The position numbers and the translations under genes are program-made. 64,000 nt of DNA, taken from contig OZ024754.1 of NCBI GenBank assembly GCA_964016885.1, forward strand, positions 18,972,001 through 19,036,000, written 5' to 3'. This DNA is from Eledone cirrhosa (Eukaryota). Below the pieces are notes generated by a model. It saw only the letters and a list, made by a program, of their open reading frames with translations, ran no database searches and was not told the DNA's origin. Below are positions 21,901-34,019 of this stretch, piece by piece (the first letter of the stretch is position 1; each line of letters starts with the position of its first letter).

Positions 21901-22421
21901 ACTTCCAGAAGTCCCTGGCCTGGCAGTGCTACCGAGGGGCTTTACCCGTTCGAGAAAGGCTCTACAGACACGGGCGCCCGGGTAGGGACCCCGCCAAAAA
22001 GATCTGTCCCAGATGCGTGTGCGACGAGGAAACCGTTGCACACGCATTAGTACACTGCTCGGGCGTAGCCGATCTGTGGGGCTATGTCGAACAACTGCTG
22101 TCAAGGGTGGGACCGATCCGGTTGACCACCGAGTCTATTGTAATGATCAAGCCGCCTCCCCCCTTCAAAGATGAAGCAGAGGCGGTGTTTCTGTGCGTAA
22201 TAGCCATGGCGAAAGAGGTTGTATGGTGGACGCGTCTGAAAGGACTGAGGTCGGGCACCTTTCTCTCTGGCCAACAACTGGTCCGTTTCTTCCGATATCA
22301 TTTCGGAAGAAGGATCAGGATGGAGAGAGAGGTGCTGCACCCCAGCCGTTTCTATGAAAGATGGGTGAAAGTGGCGAGAATGGCCCGTGTGAATGGGCCT
22401 TCACTCTACATCAGACTATAG
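18984..22421 (+). CDS. E4 ORF2: APE endonuclease + RT + zinc finger
   Basis: uninterrupted; one V>I change versus E3 in the endonuclease. Confidence 0.94.
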   Translation: MAMLRVGCLNARGLGSTWKQAMLLNDLRSQRIDVMVICEARISNVRQLAPTFDDFEMHASLCQPGGGGGVIVLLQKHLGLATQMVHLDPEGRLVVLDLGSGKGGAFRLVAAYGPFGSMRPDFFHRLETFLGTSRSLLLVGDWNGILDARWDYVGACPDREGCNSLKGLIGRFDLADRYRLDFPTAPTWTWANRSGSSRSYLDRFLVRIKDKDFLSCPKMRIVGYSDHKLVTCMVNLDRTHRQGPGYWKLNLSLPASRAYRNRISTLVKERLTGAIVNSRWWVSLKREIRVVSIEFSKVLAADRNRKERELIDRVEEAIRSGDVARVLASRTALSQFFDAKHEGCVVRSKIRALGNEGTKAVSWARVTEANSGTKSTIRSLRDLDGRAILEPKQMCEAFQRHFARLFGRGGEPVGNVDFGPYLDGLPRLSDREAKSCEEPISAAEIEDVLSQCGKRKSPGLDGLPYELYLAMPDLFPDLLEAVYCNWQQNGRIPCTVTKGVVTLVRKDENKGDEISNFRPITLLNTELQILAKVLAKRLALVVGNLVGDAQTCAIPSRSIHDNLHLMRYIIERVGNEPGFGGALINLDQSKAFDRVDHGYLDAVLAAAGFGPVFRGWITAMHSSRICSRVKVNGYLSEPFKIARSIRQGCPLSSLLYVLTLEPLLRKLELLQGIPLEPGLRKAVSAYADDVTVMVSTASEIEAVGTLLEEYEKFTGAKLNRDKSIGLQLGTWRGRPMPSDSVVGRWTEGPVKLLGVWFGPDLQVEKNWAEVTNRVFALTQKWASCKLSLKGRAEVANTYIASVIYYRLTVVPCPRETLTKMERALFQFLWKRRAPMVRRSICCQHPSKGGLGMPWLMMRKHALRLRHLYVFLTGQPVWASFVRRTFPRLVSLTELQSWVKQRPRKLGAWHTECAQALTALWQADPVISGDSTATFYRGLVRSRCDDALGEALDMEEDELASLFGRTFSPGPMDNFQKSLAWQCYRGALPVRERLYRHGRPGRDPAKKICPRCVCDEETVAHALVHCSGVADLWGYVEQLLSRVGPIRLTTESIVMIKPPPPFKDEAEAVFLCVIAMAKEVVWWTRLKGLRSGTFLSGQQLVRFFRYHFGRRIRMEREVLHPSRFYERWVKVARMARVNGPSLYIRL

Positions 22422-22685
22422 GTGAGGAAGATGAAAGACCAAGGGAGCACCCCTTCTCTGTGCTCCTGAGGAGAAGGGTTGCACACTTTTTTCGGGGGTG
22501 TGTGCGACCCCCCAAGGCGCCTCCTCTCTATTGAGGATTTTGTTAAAAATTTTATTTTTTGTTATATCTTATTTTATTTTTATATTTTGTTATTGCCTCC
22601 TCCTTATTGAGGACGCCTTTTTGTGTAAACTCCCCCCTTTGTACTTGTCCCACTTTTGATGCCCTAGTGGCAAATAAAAGAAATA

Positions 22686-22710
22686 TATCTATCTATCTAC
22701 TATCTATCTA

Positions 22711-22753
<43 letters not shown>

Positions 22754-22803
22754 CTATCTATCTATCTATCTATATATCTATCTATCTACTATCTATCTAT
22801 CTA

Positions 22804-22901
<98 letters not shown>

Positions 22902-22909
22902 CTATCTAT
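22686..22909 (+). repeat. (TATC)n spacer E4/E5
   Basis: direct reading, many TAC variants. Confidence 0.95.
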
Positions 22910-25517
22910 CGCGTGACAGAAGCCAAAAGAGGGAGCAGATCCACTATCCGGTCTTTGCGAGACCAGGATGGACGGGTGATCCTTGAACCTAAGCAGATGT
23001 GCGAGGCTTTTCAAAAGCACTTTGCCGGATCGTTCGGAAGGGGCGGGGGGCTGGTTGGGGACATGGACTTCGGTCCATACCTCGACGCGCTGCCGCGTCT
23101 CTCGGACAGGGAGGCGAAGTCCTGCGAGGAGCCGATTTCAGCCGCTGAGATAGAGGACGTGCTGAGCCAATGCGGCAAACGCAAATCCCCTGGTCTCGAT
23201 GGTCTTCCATACGAACTATATCTAGCTATGCCGGACTTGTTCCCCGAACTCCTCGAGGCGGTCTACTGCAACTGGCAACAGAACGGGAGAATTCCCTGTG
23301 CTGTGACCAAGGGCGTAGTCACGCTAGTGAGGAAGGACGAGAACAAGGGGGACGATATAAATAATTTCAGGCCCATAACTCTGCTAAATACAGAGTTACA
23401 GATTTTGGCCAAGGTGCTAGCAAAGAGGTTGGCGCTTGTCGTGGGCAACCTGGTGGGAGATGCGCAGACATGTGCTATCCCGTCCAGGTCCATCCACGAC
23501 AACCTCCACCTCATGCGATACATCATAAAGAGGGTTGGGAACGAACCCGGCTTTGGTGGGGTCCTGATCAACTTGGATCAATCTAAGGCATTCGGGGGTC
23601 GAACATGGTTACCTGGATGTGGTGCTAGCGGCGGCAGGCTTCGGACCCGTTTTCAGGGGCTGGATCAATGCCATGCACAGCAGCCGCATCTGCTCTAGGG
23701 TCAAGGTGAACGGCTACCTCTCGGAGCCGTTCGAAATCGCGCGGTCCATCCGACAGGGGTGCCCTCTCTCCTCCCTTCTGTATGTAATGACTCTAGAGCC
23801 ACTGCTGCGGAAGTTGGAGTTGTTGCAGGGCATCCCGTTGGAACCGGGATTGCGGAAAGCGGTGTCAGCCTACGCCGATGACGTAACAGTAATGGTGTCG
23901 ACGGCCTCGGAAATCTGGGCGATCGGCACCTTACTGGAGGAGTACGAAAGGTTTACAGGGGCTAAGCTGAACCGGGACAAGTCGATCGGTCTGCAACTCG
24001 GCACGTGGAGGGGCAGATCGATGCCCTCCGATGGCGTCGTCGGGCGCTGGACGGAGGGCCCGGTGAAGTTGCTCGGGGTCTGGTTCGGACCAGACCTCCA
24101 GGTGGAGAAGAACTGGGGTGAGGTGACGAACAGGGTGTTTGCACTGACCCAGAAGTGGGCCGAGTGTAAACTGTCCCTGAAAGGATGGGCGGAGGTGGCG
24201 AACACTTATATAGCGTCCGTCATCTACTACCACCTGACCGTTGTGCCTTGCCCAAGGGAAACGCTCGCCAAAATGGAGCGCGCACTCTTCCAATTCCTTT
24301 GGAAGAAGCGGGCTCCTATGGTGAGGAGATCCATCTGCTGTCAACACCCTTCGAAAGGAGGGCTGGGGATGCCGTGGCTAATGATACGTAAACACGCATT
24401 AAGGCTACGGCACCTTCAGGTATTCCTCTCCGGTCAACCGGTGTGGGCCTCGTTTGTGAGGCGAGCCTTTCCCAGACTCGTCTCACTCACCGAGCTGCAA
24501 TCCTGGGTCAAGCAAAGACCGAGAAAACTGGGCGCCTGGTACACCGAGTGTGCCCAGGCACTCACGGCTCTCTGGCAGGCGGACCCGGCTGTCAGTGGAG
24601 AATCCACCTCGTCATTCTATAGAGGGCTGGTGGTTAGCAGGTGCGACGACACCCTCGGAGAAGCCCTAGGCATGGAGGAAGACGAACTGGCCAACCTGTT
24701 CGGTAGGACATTCAGCCCGGGACCCATGGATAACTTCCAGAAGTCCCTGGCCTGGCAATGCTACAGAAGGGATCTGCCCGTTCGAGAAAGGCTCTACAGA
24801 CACGGGCGCCCGGGTAGGGACCCATCGAAAAAGATCTGTCCCAGATGCGTGTGCGACGAGGAAACCGTTGCACACGCATTGGTACACTGCTCGGGCATTG
24901 CCGATCTGTGGGGTTATGTCGAACAACTGCTGTCAAGGGTGGGACCAATCCGGTTGACCACCGAGTCTATTGTAACGATCAAGCCGCCTCCCCTCTTCAA
25001 AAACGAAGGAGAGGCGGTGTTTCTGTGCGTAATAGCCATGGCGAAAGAGGTTGTATGGTGGACGCGTCTGAAAGGACTGAGGTCAGACACCTTTCTCTCT
25101 GGCCAACAACTGGTCCGTTTCTTCCGATATCATTTTGGAAGAAGGATCAGGATGGAGAGAGAGGTGCTGCACCCCAGCCGTTTCTATGAAAGATGGGTGA
25201 AAGTGGCGAGAATGGTCCGTGTGAATGGGCCTTCACTCTACATCAGACTATAGGTGAGGAAGATGAAAGACCAAGGGAGCACCCCTTCTCTGTGCTCCTG
25301 AGGAGAAGGGTTGCACACTTTTTTCCGGGGTGTGTGCGACCCCCCAAGGCGCCTCCTCTCTATTGAGGACTTTGTTATAAATTTTATTTTTTGTTATATT
25401 TTATTTTATTTTTATATATTGTTATTGCCTCCTCCTTATTGAGGACGCCTTGTTTTGTAAACTCCCCCCATTGTACTTGTCCCACTTTTGATGCCCTGGT
25501 GGCAAATAAAAGAAACA
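22910..25517 (+). mobile_element. E5: 5'-truncated Tx1-like element (variant A'), frameshifted
   Basis: starts at RVTEAKRG between EN and RT; frameshift near 23595; ORF2 stop at 25251-25253; A-type 3' UTR. Confidence 0.93.
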
Positions 25518-25605
25518 TATCTATCTACTATCTATCTATCTATCTATATATCTATCTATCTATCTATCTATCTGTCTATCTATCTATCTACTATCTATCT
25601 ATCTG

Positions 25606-25640
<35 letters not shown>
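25518..25640 (+). repeat. (TATC)n spacer E5/E6
   Basis: direct reading. Confidence 0.95.
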
Positions 25641-25641
<1 letters not shown>

Positions 25642-25842
25642 GATAGAGTAAGACACGCTTCGCATCGGCTCCGCTATTCCATCGGGATTTACCCTTACTA
25701 TTGTAAGTACCGGATAAATTTTTTAGTGCAACACATTTGGAACACTAACCCCAGTTATTTAGGGAAACATTTTTGCATTTACCCCCTTTTTAGGGGGTAA
25801 AATAAATATCTATTTTTGCCGAAAAATTTCTTTCTTGGCAGC

Positions 25843-27672
25843 ATGGCGGAAAAGATGGCAGACATGTCTGCCATTAGCTCTGCCACGCCCCCCAAGTCTG
25901 AAGAACAAAAAATAATTACAACAAAATTAGACATTGAAACAAACAAACAAAATGAAAAAACAAATGTTAAGGAAAATGAGCAAACAGAAAAGAAACAAAC
26001 AGAAAATAATACAAATAACGACAGGGCAACTTTCGCCCAGAAAACAAAACAATCCATTACATACACACCAATTGACCTAACGGCCGCCAGAGAATAACTG
26101 GCCGAAGCAAAGAAACACATTGTTTTGGGGGAGAACGGAATGTTTTCCATTAACTCCCCCCCAGAATTCAAGAAAGCCAGAGCAGAAAACACAGTTCTAT
26201 ACAGAACTATACTGAACCAGACAAGAAAGCCAGCACAGCCCAGCCAAATGGAAATAGAGTTAGTCCTAAAAGACTATATGAAGAATATTCTCTTCATACG
26301 AAAGGACCGACTCTATGGCAGCATTTCGGTCCTAACAAGAGACAAAGAAACGGCGGAGAAGCTTTCCCTAAGCCCACTCTCGTCGACAACATATAGCTTC
26401 TATCCCTCCTACATGGGTAGAAGAACACAGAGAGTAAAAGTAAAAACAATGCTGCCCACAATGGACTTCTGGTGGGCTATTGCTGGCTTCATTGATATGG
26501 GCGAAGACACTATGCTGTCAATGGGGAAGGCAACTGGAGATGCGTTCCTGGGAATGGGCCTCGACATACTAGTCCAAATGAGGCCCGAAAGAATAGCACA
26601 AATCCCGGATCGCATCTGGCTGGATGACCTTACCCCAATAGACATAATTGTAGAGGGGAGAAGACCAGCATGCTATTTATGCATGGAAAGGGGACACGTT
26701 AAGGCTAACTGCCCGAAACGTATCCCCCAAAAAGGACTATTGCCCACACCCACCACAAACAGTACACCAGCACCACCCACCTCCAAAAATACACTAATAC
26801 CACACACAGCAAACAAAATACAGACACCACCAACCACAAACACAACACAAACATCACCAGCACCAAACACAAGCACGACACAAAAATCACCACCACCAAC
26901 CACAACACAAACATCACCACCACCATCACCAACCACAAGCACGACACAAACATTACCACCACCACCACCACAAAACCCATTCCAAACAAATAATAAAAAA
27001 AAACAGTAACAAATCTACCCCTCCCGCAAAAAAAAACAACCACACAACACGTCCCTCCCACCTAGCGCTGAAGAGTTTCCCCCAACTTCTGAAGAAGAAG
27101 GAGGAGAAGCCTTCAGACAAGTTAAAAGAAAAAAAAGAAAACACACACCCAGCACACCACAAATAACCCACACACAAACACCAACTCCAATCAAAAACAC
27201 CCCACCCTCAACAAACAAAAATAAATCTGCGCCTCCCCTCTCCGAAACATTGACAGCATCACAAAAAAAGACGTTGCAATACACATATATAAATAAAGAA
27301 AACAAAAAACTGGTTAAATTAATAAACAATAACCCTATGGTGCAGACCGAAGGGCCAAACTTTATCTCAACAGAGAACTTCACCCATTTAAAAATGATAA
27401 AGGTCCCTCTGGACCTTTATCGTTCCTTAAAAGAACAATTTAGACGGGACGTGAGCCCCCCCTGTTTAAAACCGTTGAATCGCGTCCTCTTGAAAGATTT
27501 CCCCATAACCGCCCCTCTCCCTGACACAACTCCAAATACCCCAACCCCACCACACACGTGTACCCCCACACCACCACAAAACATCCCTCCACCCAACACA
27601 CCTGATGCCATGGAAATTACGCAACCCGGAGAGGTAAGTGCTTTTCTTTCTTCACTTTCAACACCAAAATAG
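25843..27672 (+). pseudogene. E6 ORF1, disrupted
   Basis: ATG at 25843; premature TAA at 26095; frameshift in A-runs near 27000; knuckle CYLCMERGHVKANC. Confidence 0.85.
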
Positions 27673-30600
27673 ATCAATTGAGAGTTGGCTGTTTGAACGC
27701 GCGTGGCCTGGGCTCAGCTTGGAAGCAAGCAAAGCTTCTAAGTGACCTCAGGTCACAAAGTATAGATGTGATGGTTGTTTGCGAGAGTCGGATCAGCAGC
27801 GTGAGACAGCTGGCGCCCGCCTTCGATGACTTTGAGATGCACGCATCTCTCTGTCAACCCGGAGGCGGGGGGGGGGGGGAGTTGCCGTACTGCTGGATAA
27901 ACGTCTGACTCTCGACGTACAGATTGTTCACTCGGACCCGGGGGGTCGATTACTGGTGCTGGACGTCGGAGGCGGTGAAGGCGGGGCTTTCAGACTGGTC
28001 GGTCTTTATGCTCCCTTCGGGGCGGAAAGAGCCGACTTCTTCCAACGTCTGGAGACTTTTCTAGGAACGTCGCGTTCCCTGCTTTTAGTGGGGGACTGGA
28101 ATGGAATCCTAGATGCGCGTTGGGACTATGCAGGGGCATGTCCCGATAGAGGGGGGTGTAGCAGCCTCAAGGGGTTACTCGATCGATTCGACCTGGTCGA
28201 TAGATTTCGACTAGATTGTCCAACTGCGCCAACCTGGACCTGGGCAAACCGCAGTGGACAATCTAGATCGTACCTAGATAGGTTTTTGGTTAGGAGTAAG
28301 GATAGGGACGTATTTAGTTGTCCAGAACTGATCATGGTTGGCTATTCAGATCACAAATTAGTGACCTGCGTGGTCAACCTTGATAGAACGCATAGACAGG
28401 GTCCCGGTTACTGGAAGATGAACTTGTCCTTACCGACAAAGAAAGATTACAGAAACCGGATTAGTAGCTTAGTTAAGATGCGGTTGACGGGAGCGATCGT
28501 CAACAGTAGGTGGTGGATATCCCTAAAGAGAGAGATTAGAGTAAGTTCGATAGGTTACAGTAAGGAACTAGCGGCGAATAGAAATAGGAGGGAAAGGGAG
28601 TTAACAGATAAACTAGAAGAGGCGATTAGGAGCGGAGACGTAGCCAGAGTGTTAGCGACGAGAACGGCATTGAGCCAGTTCTTTGACGCGAAGCACGAAG
28701 GCTGCGTTGTCCGAAGTAAAATACGTGCTTTAGGAAACGAGGGGACCAAAGCTGTTAGCTGGGCCCGCGTGACAGAAGCCAAGAGTGGGATTAAATCCAC
28801 CATTCGGTCTTTGCGAGACCAGGATGGACGGGTGATCCTTGAACCTGAGCGAATGTGCGAGACCTTTCAAAGGCACTTTGCTCGACTGTTCGGAGGTGGC
28901 GGGGGGCCGGACGGGGATGTGGACTTCGGTCCATACCTCGACGGTCTACCGCGTCTTTCAAGCGGCGAAGCGGAGTGCTGCGAAAGGCCAATCACAGCCA
29001 CTGAAATCGGGGAAGCGCTCAGCCAATGCAGCAGACGCAAATCCCCGGGTCTCGATGGTCTACCATACGAACTTTATTTAGCTATGCCGGTCTTGTTCTC
29101 CGAACTCCTCGAGGCTGTCTATTGCAACTGGCAACAGAACGGGAGAATTCCCTGTTCTGTGACCAAGGGCGTGGTCACGCTAGTGAGGAAGGACGAGAGC
29201 AAGGGGGACGACTTAAGTAACTTTAGGCCCATAACTCTGCTGAATGCAGAGTTACAGATTTTGGCCAAGGTGTTGGCGAAGAGGTTGGCGCTTGTGGTGG
29301 GTGGTTTGGTGGGAGACGCGCAGACATGCGCTATCCCGTCCAGGTCCATTCACGACAACCTCCACCTCATGCGATACATCATAGAGAGGGTTGGCTACGA
29401 ACCCGGCTTTGGTGGGGCCCTGATCAACTTGGATCAATCTAAGGCGTTCGATAGGGTCGACCATGGTTACCTGGATGCGGTGCTAGCGGCGGCGGGCTTC
29501 GGACCCGTTTTCAGGGGCTGGATTTCTGCCATGCACAGTGGCAACATCTACTCTAGGATTAAAGTAAACGGCTACCTCTCGGAGCCGTTTCAAATCACCC
29601 GATCCATCAGACAGGGGTGCCCCCTCTCCTCCCTTCTGTACGTATTGACTCTCGAGCCACTGCTGCGGAAGTTGGAGTTGCTGCGGGGCATACCCTGGAA
29701 CCGGGATTGCACAAAGCGGTCTCGGCCTATGCCGACGACGTAACAGTAATGGTGGCGGACGCCTCGGAAATCGGGGCGATCGCCACCCTACTGGAGGAAT
29801 ACGAAAGGCTGACGGGGGCTAAGCTGAACCAGGACAAGTCAGTCGGTTTGCAACTCGGAACGTGGAGGGGAAAACCGATGCCGTTAGACGGTGTCGTCGG
29901 GCGGTGGACGGAGGGCCCGGTGAAGCTGCTCGGGGTCTGGTTCGGACCGGACCTCCAGGTGGAGAAGAATTGGGGCGAGGTGACGAGCAGGGTGTTTGCG
30001 CTGACCCAGAAGTGGGCCAAGTGCAAACTATCACTGAAAGGTCGGGCGGAGGTGACGAACGCTTACATAGCGTCCGTCATCTACTACCGCCTGACCGTCG
30101 TGCCTTGCCCCAAGGAAAAGCTCACCATCATGGAACGCATGCTCTTCCAGTTCCTCTGGAAGAAGCGGCCTCCCATGGTGAGGAGATCCATCTGCTGCCA
30201 GCACCCTTCGAAAGGAGGGCTGGGTATGCCGTGGCTGTTGATGCGTAGGCACGCATTGAGGCTACGGCATCTACAGGTATTCCTCAACGGTCAGCCGGTG
30301 TGGGCCCCGTTTGTGAGGCGAGCCTTCCCACAGCTCGTCTCGCTCACCGAACTGCAATCCTGGGTGAAGCAAAGACCGAGAAAACTGGGCAACTGGCACA
30401 CCAGTGTGCCCAGGCGCTCACGGCTATTTGGCAAGCGGACCCGACTGTCAGTGGAGAATCCACCTCGACATTCTATAGAGGGTTGGTGGCTAGCAGGGGC
30501 GACGACACCCTTGGAGAGTCGCTAGGCATGGAGGAGGACGAACTGGCCAGCCTGTTCGGTAGAACTTTCGGCCCGGGACCCATGGACAACTTCCAGAGGT

Positions 30601-31109
30601 CCCTAGCCTGGCAGTGTTACCGGGGGGCTCTGCCCGTTCGAGAAAAGCTCTACAGACACGGGCGCCCGGGCAGGGATCCCGCGAAAAAGATCTGTCCCAG
30701 ATGCGTGCGCGACGAGGAAACCGTTGCGCATGCACTGGTACACTGCCCGGGCGTTGCCGATCTGTGGGGCTACGTCGAACGACTGCTGTCGCGTGTGGCG
30801 CCGATTCGATTAACCGCCGAGTCTGTGGTGAACATCAAGCCACCTCATCCCTTCAGAAATGAAGCAGAGGCGGTCTTTCTGTGCGTAATAGCCATGATGA
30901 AAGAGGTTGTGTGGTGGACGCGCCTGAAAGGTCTGAGGTCGGGTGACTTTCTCTCCGGCCATCACCTGGTTTACTTCTTCCGATACCACTTCGGAAGAAG
31001 AATCAGGATGGAGAGAGAAGTGCTTGGTCCCAGACAGTTTTATGAAAGGTGGGTGAAAGAAGCGAGAATGGCCCGTGTAAATGGGCCTTCTCTCTACATT
31101 GTTCTGTAG
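27669..31109 (+). pseudogene. E6 ORF2, disrupted
   Basis: ATA at the position aligned with the subfamily A start ATG; frameshifts at the G-run ~27870, ~29695 and ~30400; APE, RT and zinc-finger motifs present. Confidence 0.88.
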
Positions 31110-31340
31110 GTGAAGAAGTGAAGAGGAAAGGGGGAGCGCCTCCTCTCTGGGCTTCCCCCGCGAAAAGAGTTGCACACTTTTCGGGGGTATGTGCAATCCC
31201 CAACACGCCCCCTCCCTTTTGAGGACTTTTTATTGTTATATTATTATTGTTATTCCTTTTTTCTTTACTCGATTTATGTAAACTCCCCCACTGTGTAAAT
31301 GTCCCCTTCTTTTGTGCACTCGTGGCAAATAAATAGAAAT

Positions 31341-31341
<1 letters not shown>

Positions 31342-31391
<50 letters not shown>

Positions 31392-31441
31392 CTATCTATC
31401 TACTATCTATCTATCTATCTATCTATCTATATATCTATCTA

Positions 31442-31485
<44 letters not shown>

Positions 31486-31534
31486 TTATCTATCTATCTA
31501 CTATCTATCTACTATCTATCTATCTATCTATCTA

Positions 31535-31565
<31 letters not shown>

Positions 31566-31591
31566 CTATCTATCTACTATCTATCTATCTA

Positions 31592-31639
<48 letters not shown>

Positions 31640-31688
31640 TTATCTATCTATCTACTATCTATCTACTATCTATCTATCTATCTATCTA

Positions 31689-31756
<68 letters not shown>
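31342..31756 (+). repeat. (TATC)n spacer E6/E7
   Basis: direct reading, many TAC variants. Confidence 0.95.
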
Positions 31757-31758
<2 letters not shown>

Positions 31759-33895
31759 GCTAAATACAGAGTTACAGATTTTGGCCAAGGTGCTAGCAAA
31801 GAGGTTGGCGCTTGTCGTGGGCAACCTGGTGGGAGATGCGCAGACATGCGCTATCCCGTCCAGGTCCATCCATGACAACCTCCACCTCATGCGATACATC
31901 ATAGAGAGGGTTGGGAACGAACCCGGCTTTGGTGGGGCTCTGATCAACTTGGATCAATCTAAGGCGTTCGATAGGGTCGACCATGGTTACCTGGATGCGG
32001 TGCTAGCGGCGGCAGGCTTCGCACCCGTTTTCAGGGGCTGGATCACTGCTATGCACAGCAGCCGCATCTGCTCTAGGGTCAAGGTGAATGGCTACCTCTC
32101 GGAGCCGTTCAAAATCGCGCGGTCCATCCGACAAGGGTGCCCTCTCTCCTCCCTTCTGTATGTGTTGACTCTCGAGCCACTACTGCGGAAGTTGGAGTTG
32201 TTGCAGGGCATCCCTTTGGAACCGGGATTGCGGAAAGCGGTGTCGGCCTACGCCGATGACGTGACAGTAATGGTGTCGACGGCCTCCGAAATCGAGGCGG
32301 TCGGCACCTTACTGGAGGAGTACGTAAAGTTCACAGGGGCTAAGCTGAACCGGGACAAGTCGATCGGTTTGCAACTCGGCACGTGGAGGGGCAGACCGAT
32401 GCCCTCCGATAGCGTCGTCGGACGCTGGACGGAGGGCCCGGTGAAGTTGCTCGGGGTCTGGTTCGGACCGGACCTCCAGGTGGAGAAAAACTGGGCGGAG
32501 GTTACGAACAGGGTGTTTGCACTGACCCAGAAGTGGGCCAGTTGCAAACTATCCCTGAAAGGTCGGGCGGAGGTGGCGAACACCTACATAGCGTCCGTCA
32601 TCTACTACCGCCTGACCGTAGTGCCCTGCCCAAGGGAAACCCTCACCAAGATGGAGCGCGCGCTCTTCCAATTCCTTTGGAAGAGGCGGGCTCCTATGGT
32701 GAGGAGATCCATCTGCTGTCAACACCCTTCGAAAGGAGGGCTGGGGATGCCGTGGCTAATGATGCGTAAACACGCATTAAGGCTACGACACCTCTACGTA
32801 TTCCTCACCGGACAACCGGTGTGGGCCTCGTTTGTGAGACGAACCTTTCCCGGACTCGTCTCACTCACCGAGCTGCAATCCTGGGTCAAGCAAAGACCGA
32901 GAAAACTGGGCGCCTGGCACACTGAGTGTGCCCAGGCGCTCACCGCCCTCTGGCAGGCGGATCCGGTTATCAGTGGAGACTCCACCGCAACATTCTATAG
33001 AGGGCTGGTACGCAGCAGGTGCGACGACGCCCTCGGAGAAGCCCTAGACATGGAGGAGGACGAACTGGCCAGCCTGTTCGGTAGGACATTCAGCCCGGGA
33101 CCTATGGACAACTTCCAGAAGTCCCTGGCCTGGCAGTGCTACCGAGGGGCTTTACCCGTTCGAGAAAGGCTCTACAGACACGGGCGCCCGGGTAGGGACC
33201 CCGCCAAAAAGATCTGTCCCAGATGCGTGTGCGACGAGGAAACCGTTGCACACGCATTGGTACACTGCTCGGGCGTAGCCGATCTGTGGGGCTATGTCGA
33301 ACAACTGCTGTCAAGGGTGGGACCGATCCGGTTGACCACCGAGTCTATTGTAATGATCAAGCCGCCTCCCCCCTTCAAAGATGAAGCAGAGGCGGTGTTT
33401 CTGTGCGTAATAGCCATGGCGAAAGAGGTTGTATGGTGGACGCGTCTGAAAGGACTGAGGTCAGGCACCTTTCTCTCTGGCCAACAACTGGTCCGTTTCT
33501 TCCGATATCATTTCGGAAGAAGGATCAGGATGGAGAGAGAGGTGCTACACCCCAGCCGTTTCTATGAAAGATGGGTGAAAGTGGCGAGAATGGCCCGTGT
33601 GAATGGGCCTTCACTCTACATCAGACTATAGGTGAGGAAGATGAAAGACCAAGGGAGCACCCCTTCTCTGTGCTCCTGAGGAGAAGGGTTGCACACTTTT
33701 TTCGGGGGTGTGTGCGACCCCCCAAGGCGCCTCCTCTCTATTGATGATTTTGTTAAAAATTTTATTTTTTGTTATACCTTATTTTATTTTTATATTTTGT
33801 TATTGCCTCCTCCTTATTGAGGACGCCTTTTTGTGTAAACTCCCCCCTTTGTACTTGTCCCACTTTTGATGCCCTAGTGGCAAATAAAAGAAACA
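31757..33895 (+). mobile_element. E7: 5'-truncated Tx1-like element (subfamily A)
   Basis: begins within RT at LLNTELQ; open to stop at 33629-33631; near-identical to E2-E4. Confidence 0.94.
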
Positions 33896-33957
<62 letters not shown>

Positions 33958-34019
33958 CTATCTATCTACTATCTATCTATCAATCTATCTATCAATCTAT
34001 CTATCTATCTATCTATCTA
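33896..34019 (+). repeat. (TATC)n spacer E7/E8
   Basis: direct reading. Confidence 0.95.

Larger units (their letters stand above)
16968..22685 (+). mobile_element. E4: full-length, intact Tx1-like element (subfamily A)
   Basis: near-identical to E3 (offset 5788-5789); only a handful of differences seen. Confidence 0.96.
25641..31341 (+). mobile_element. E6: apparently full-length but decayed Tx1-like element (subfamily B)
   Basis: distinct 5' UTR; ORF1 and ORF2 homologous to A but diverged; stops and frameshifts; 3' tail GGCAAATAAATAGAAAT then (TATC)n. Confidence 0.93.

Noticed and set aside
27634-27672. 39-nt mini-intron fusing E6 ORF1 to ORF2
   Set aside because: very short, gives an immediate stop out of frame with ORF2, and has no equivalent in subfamily A
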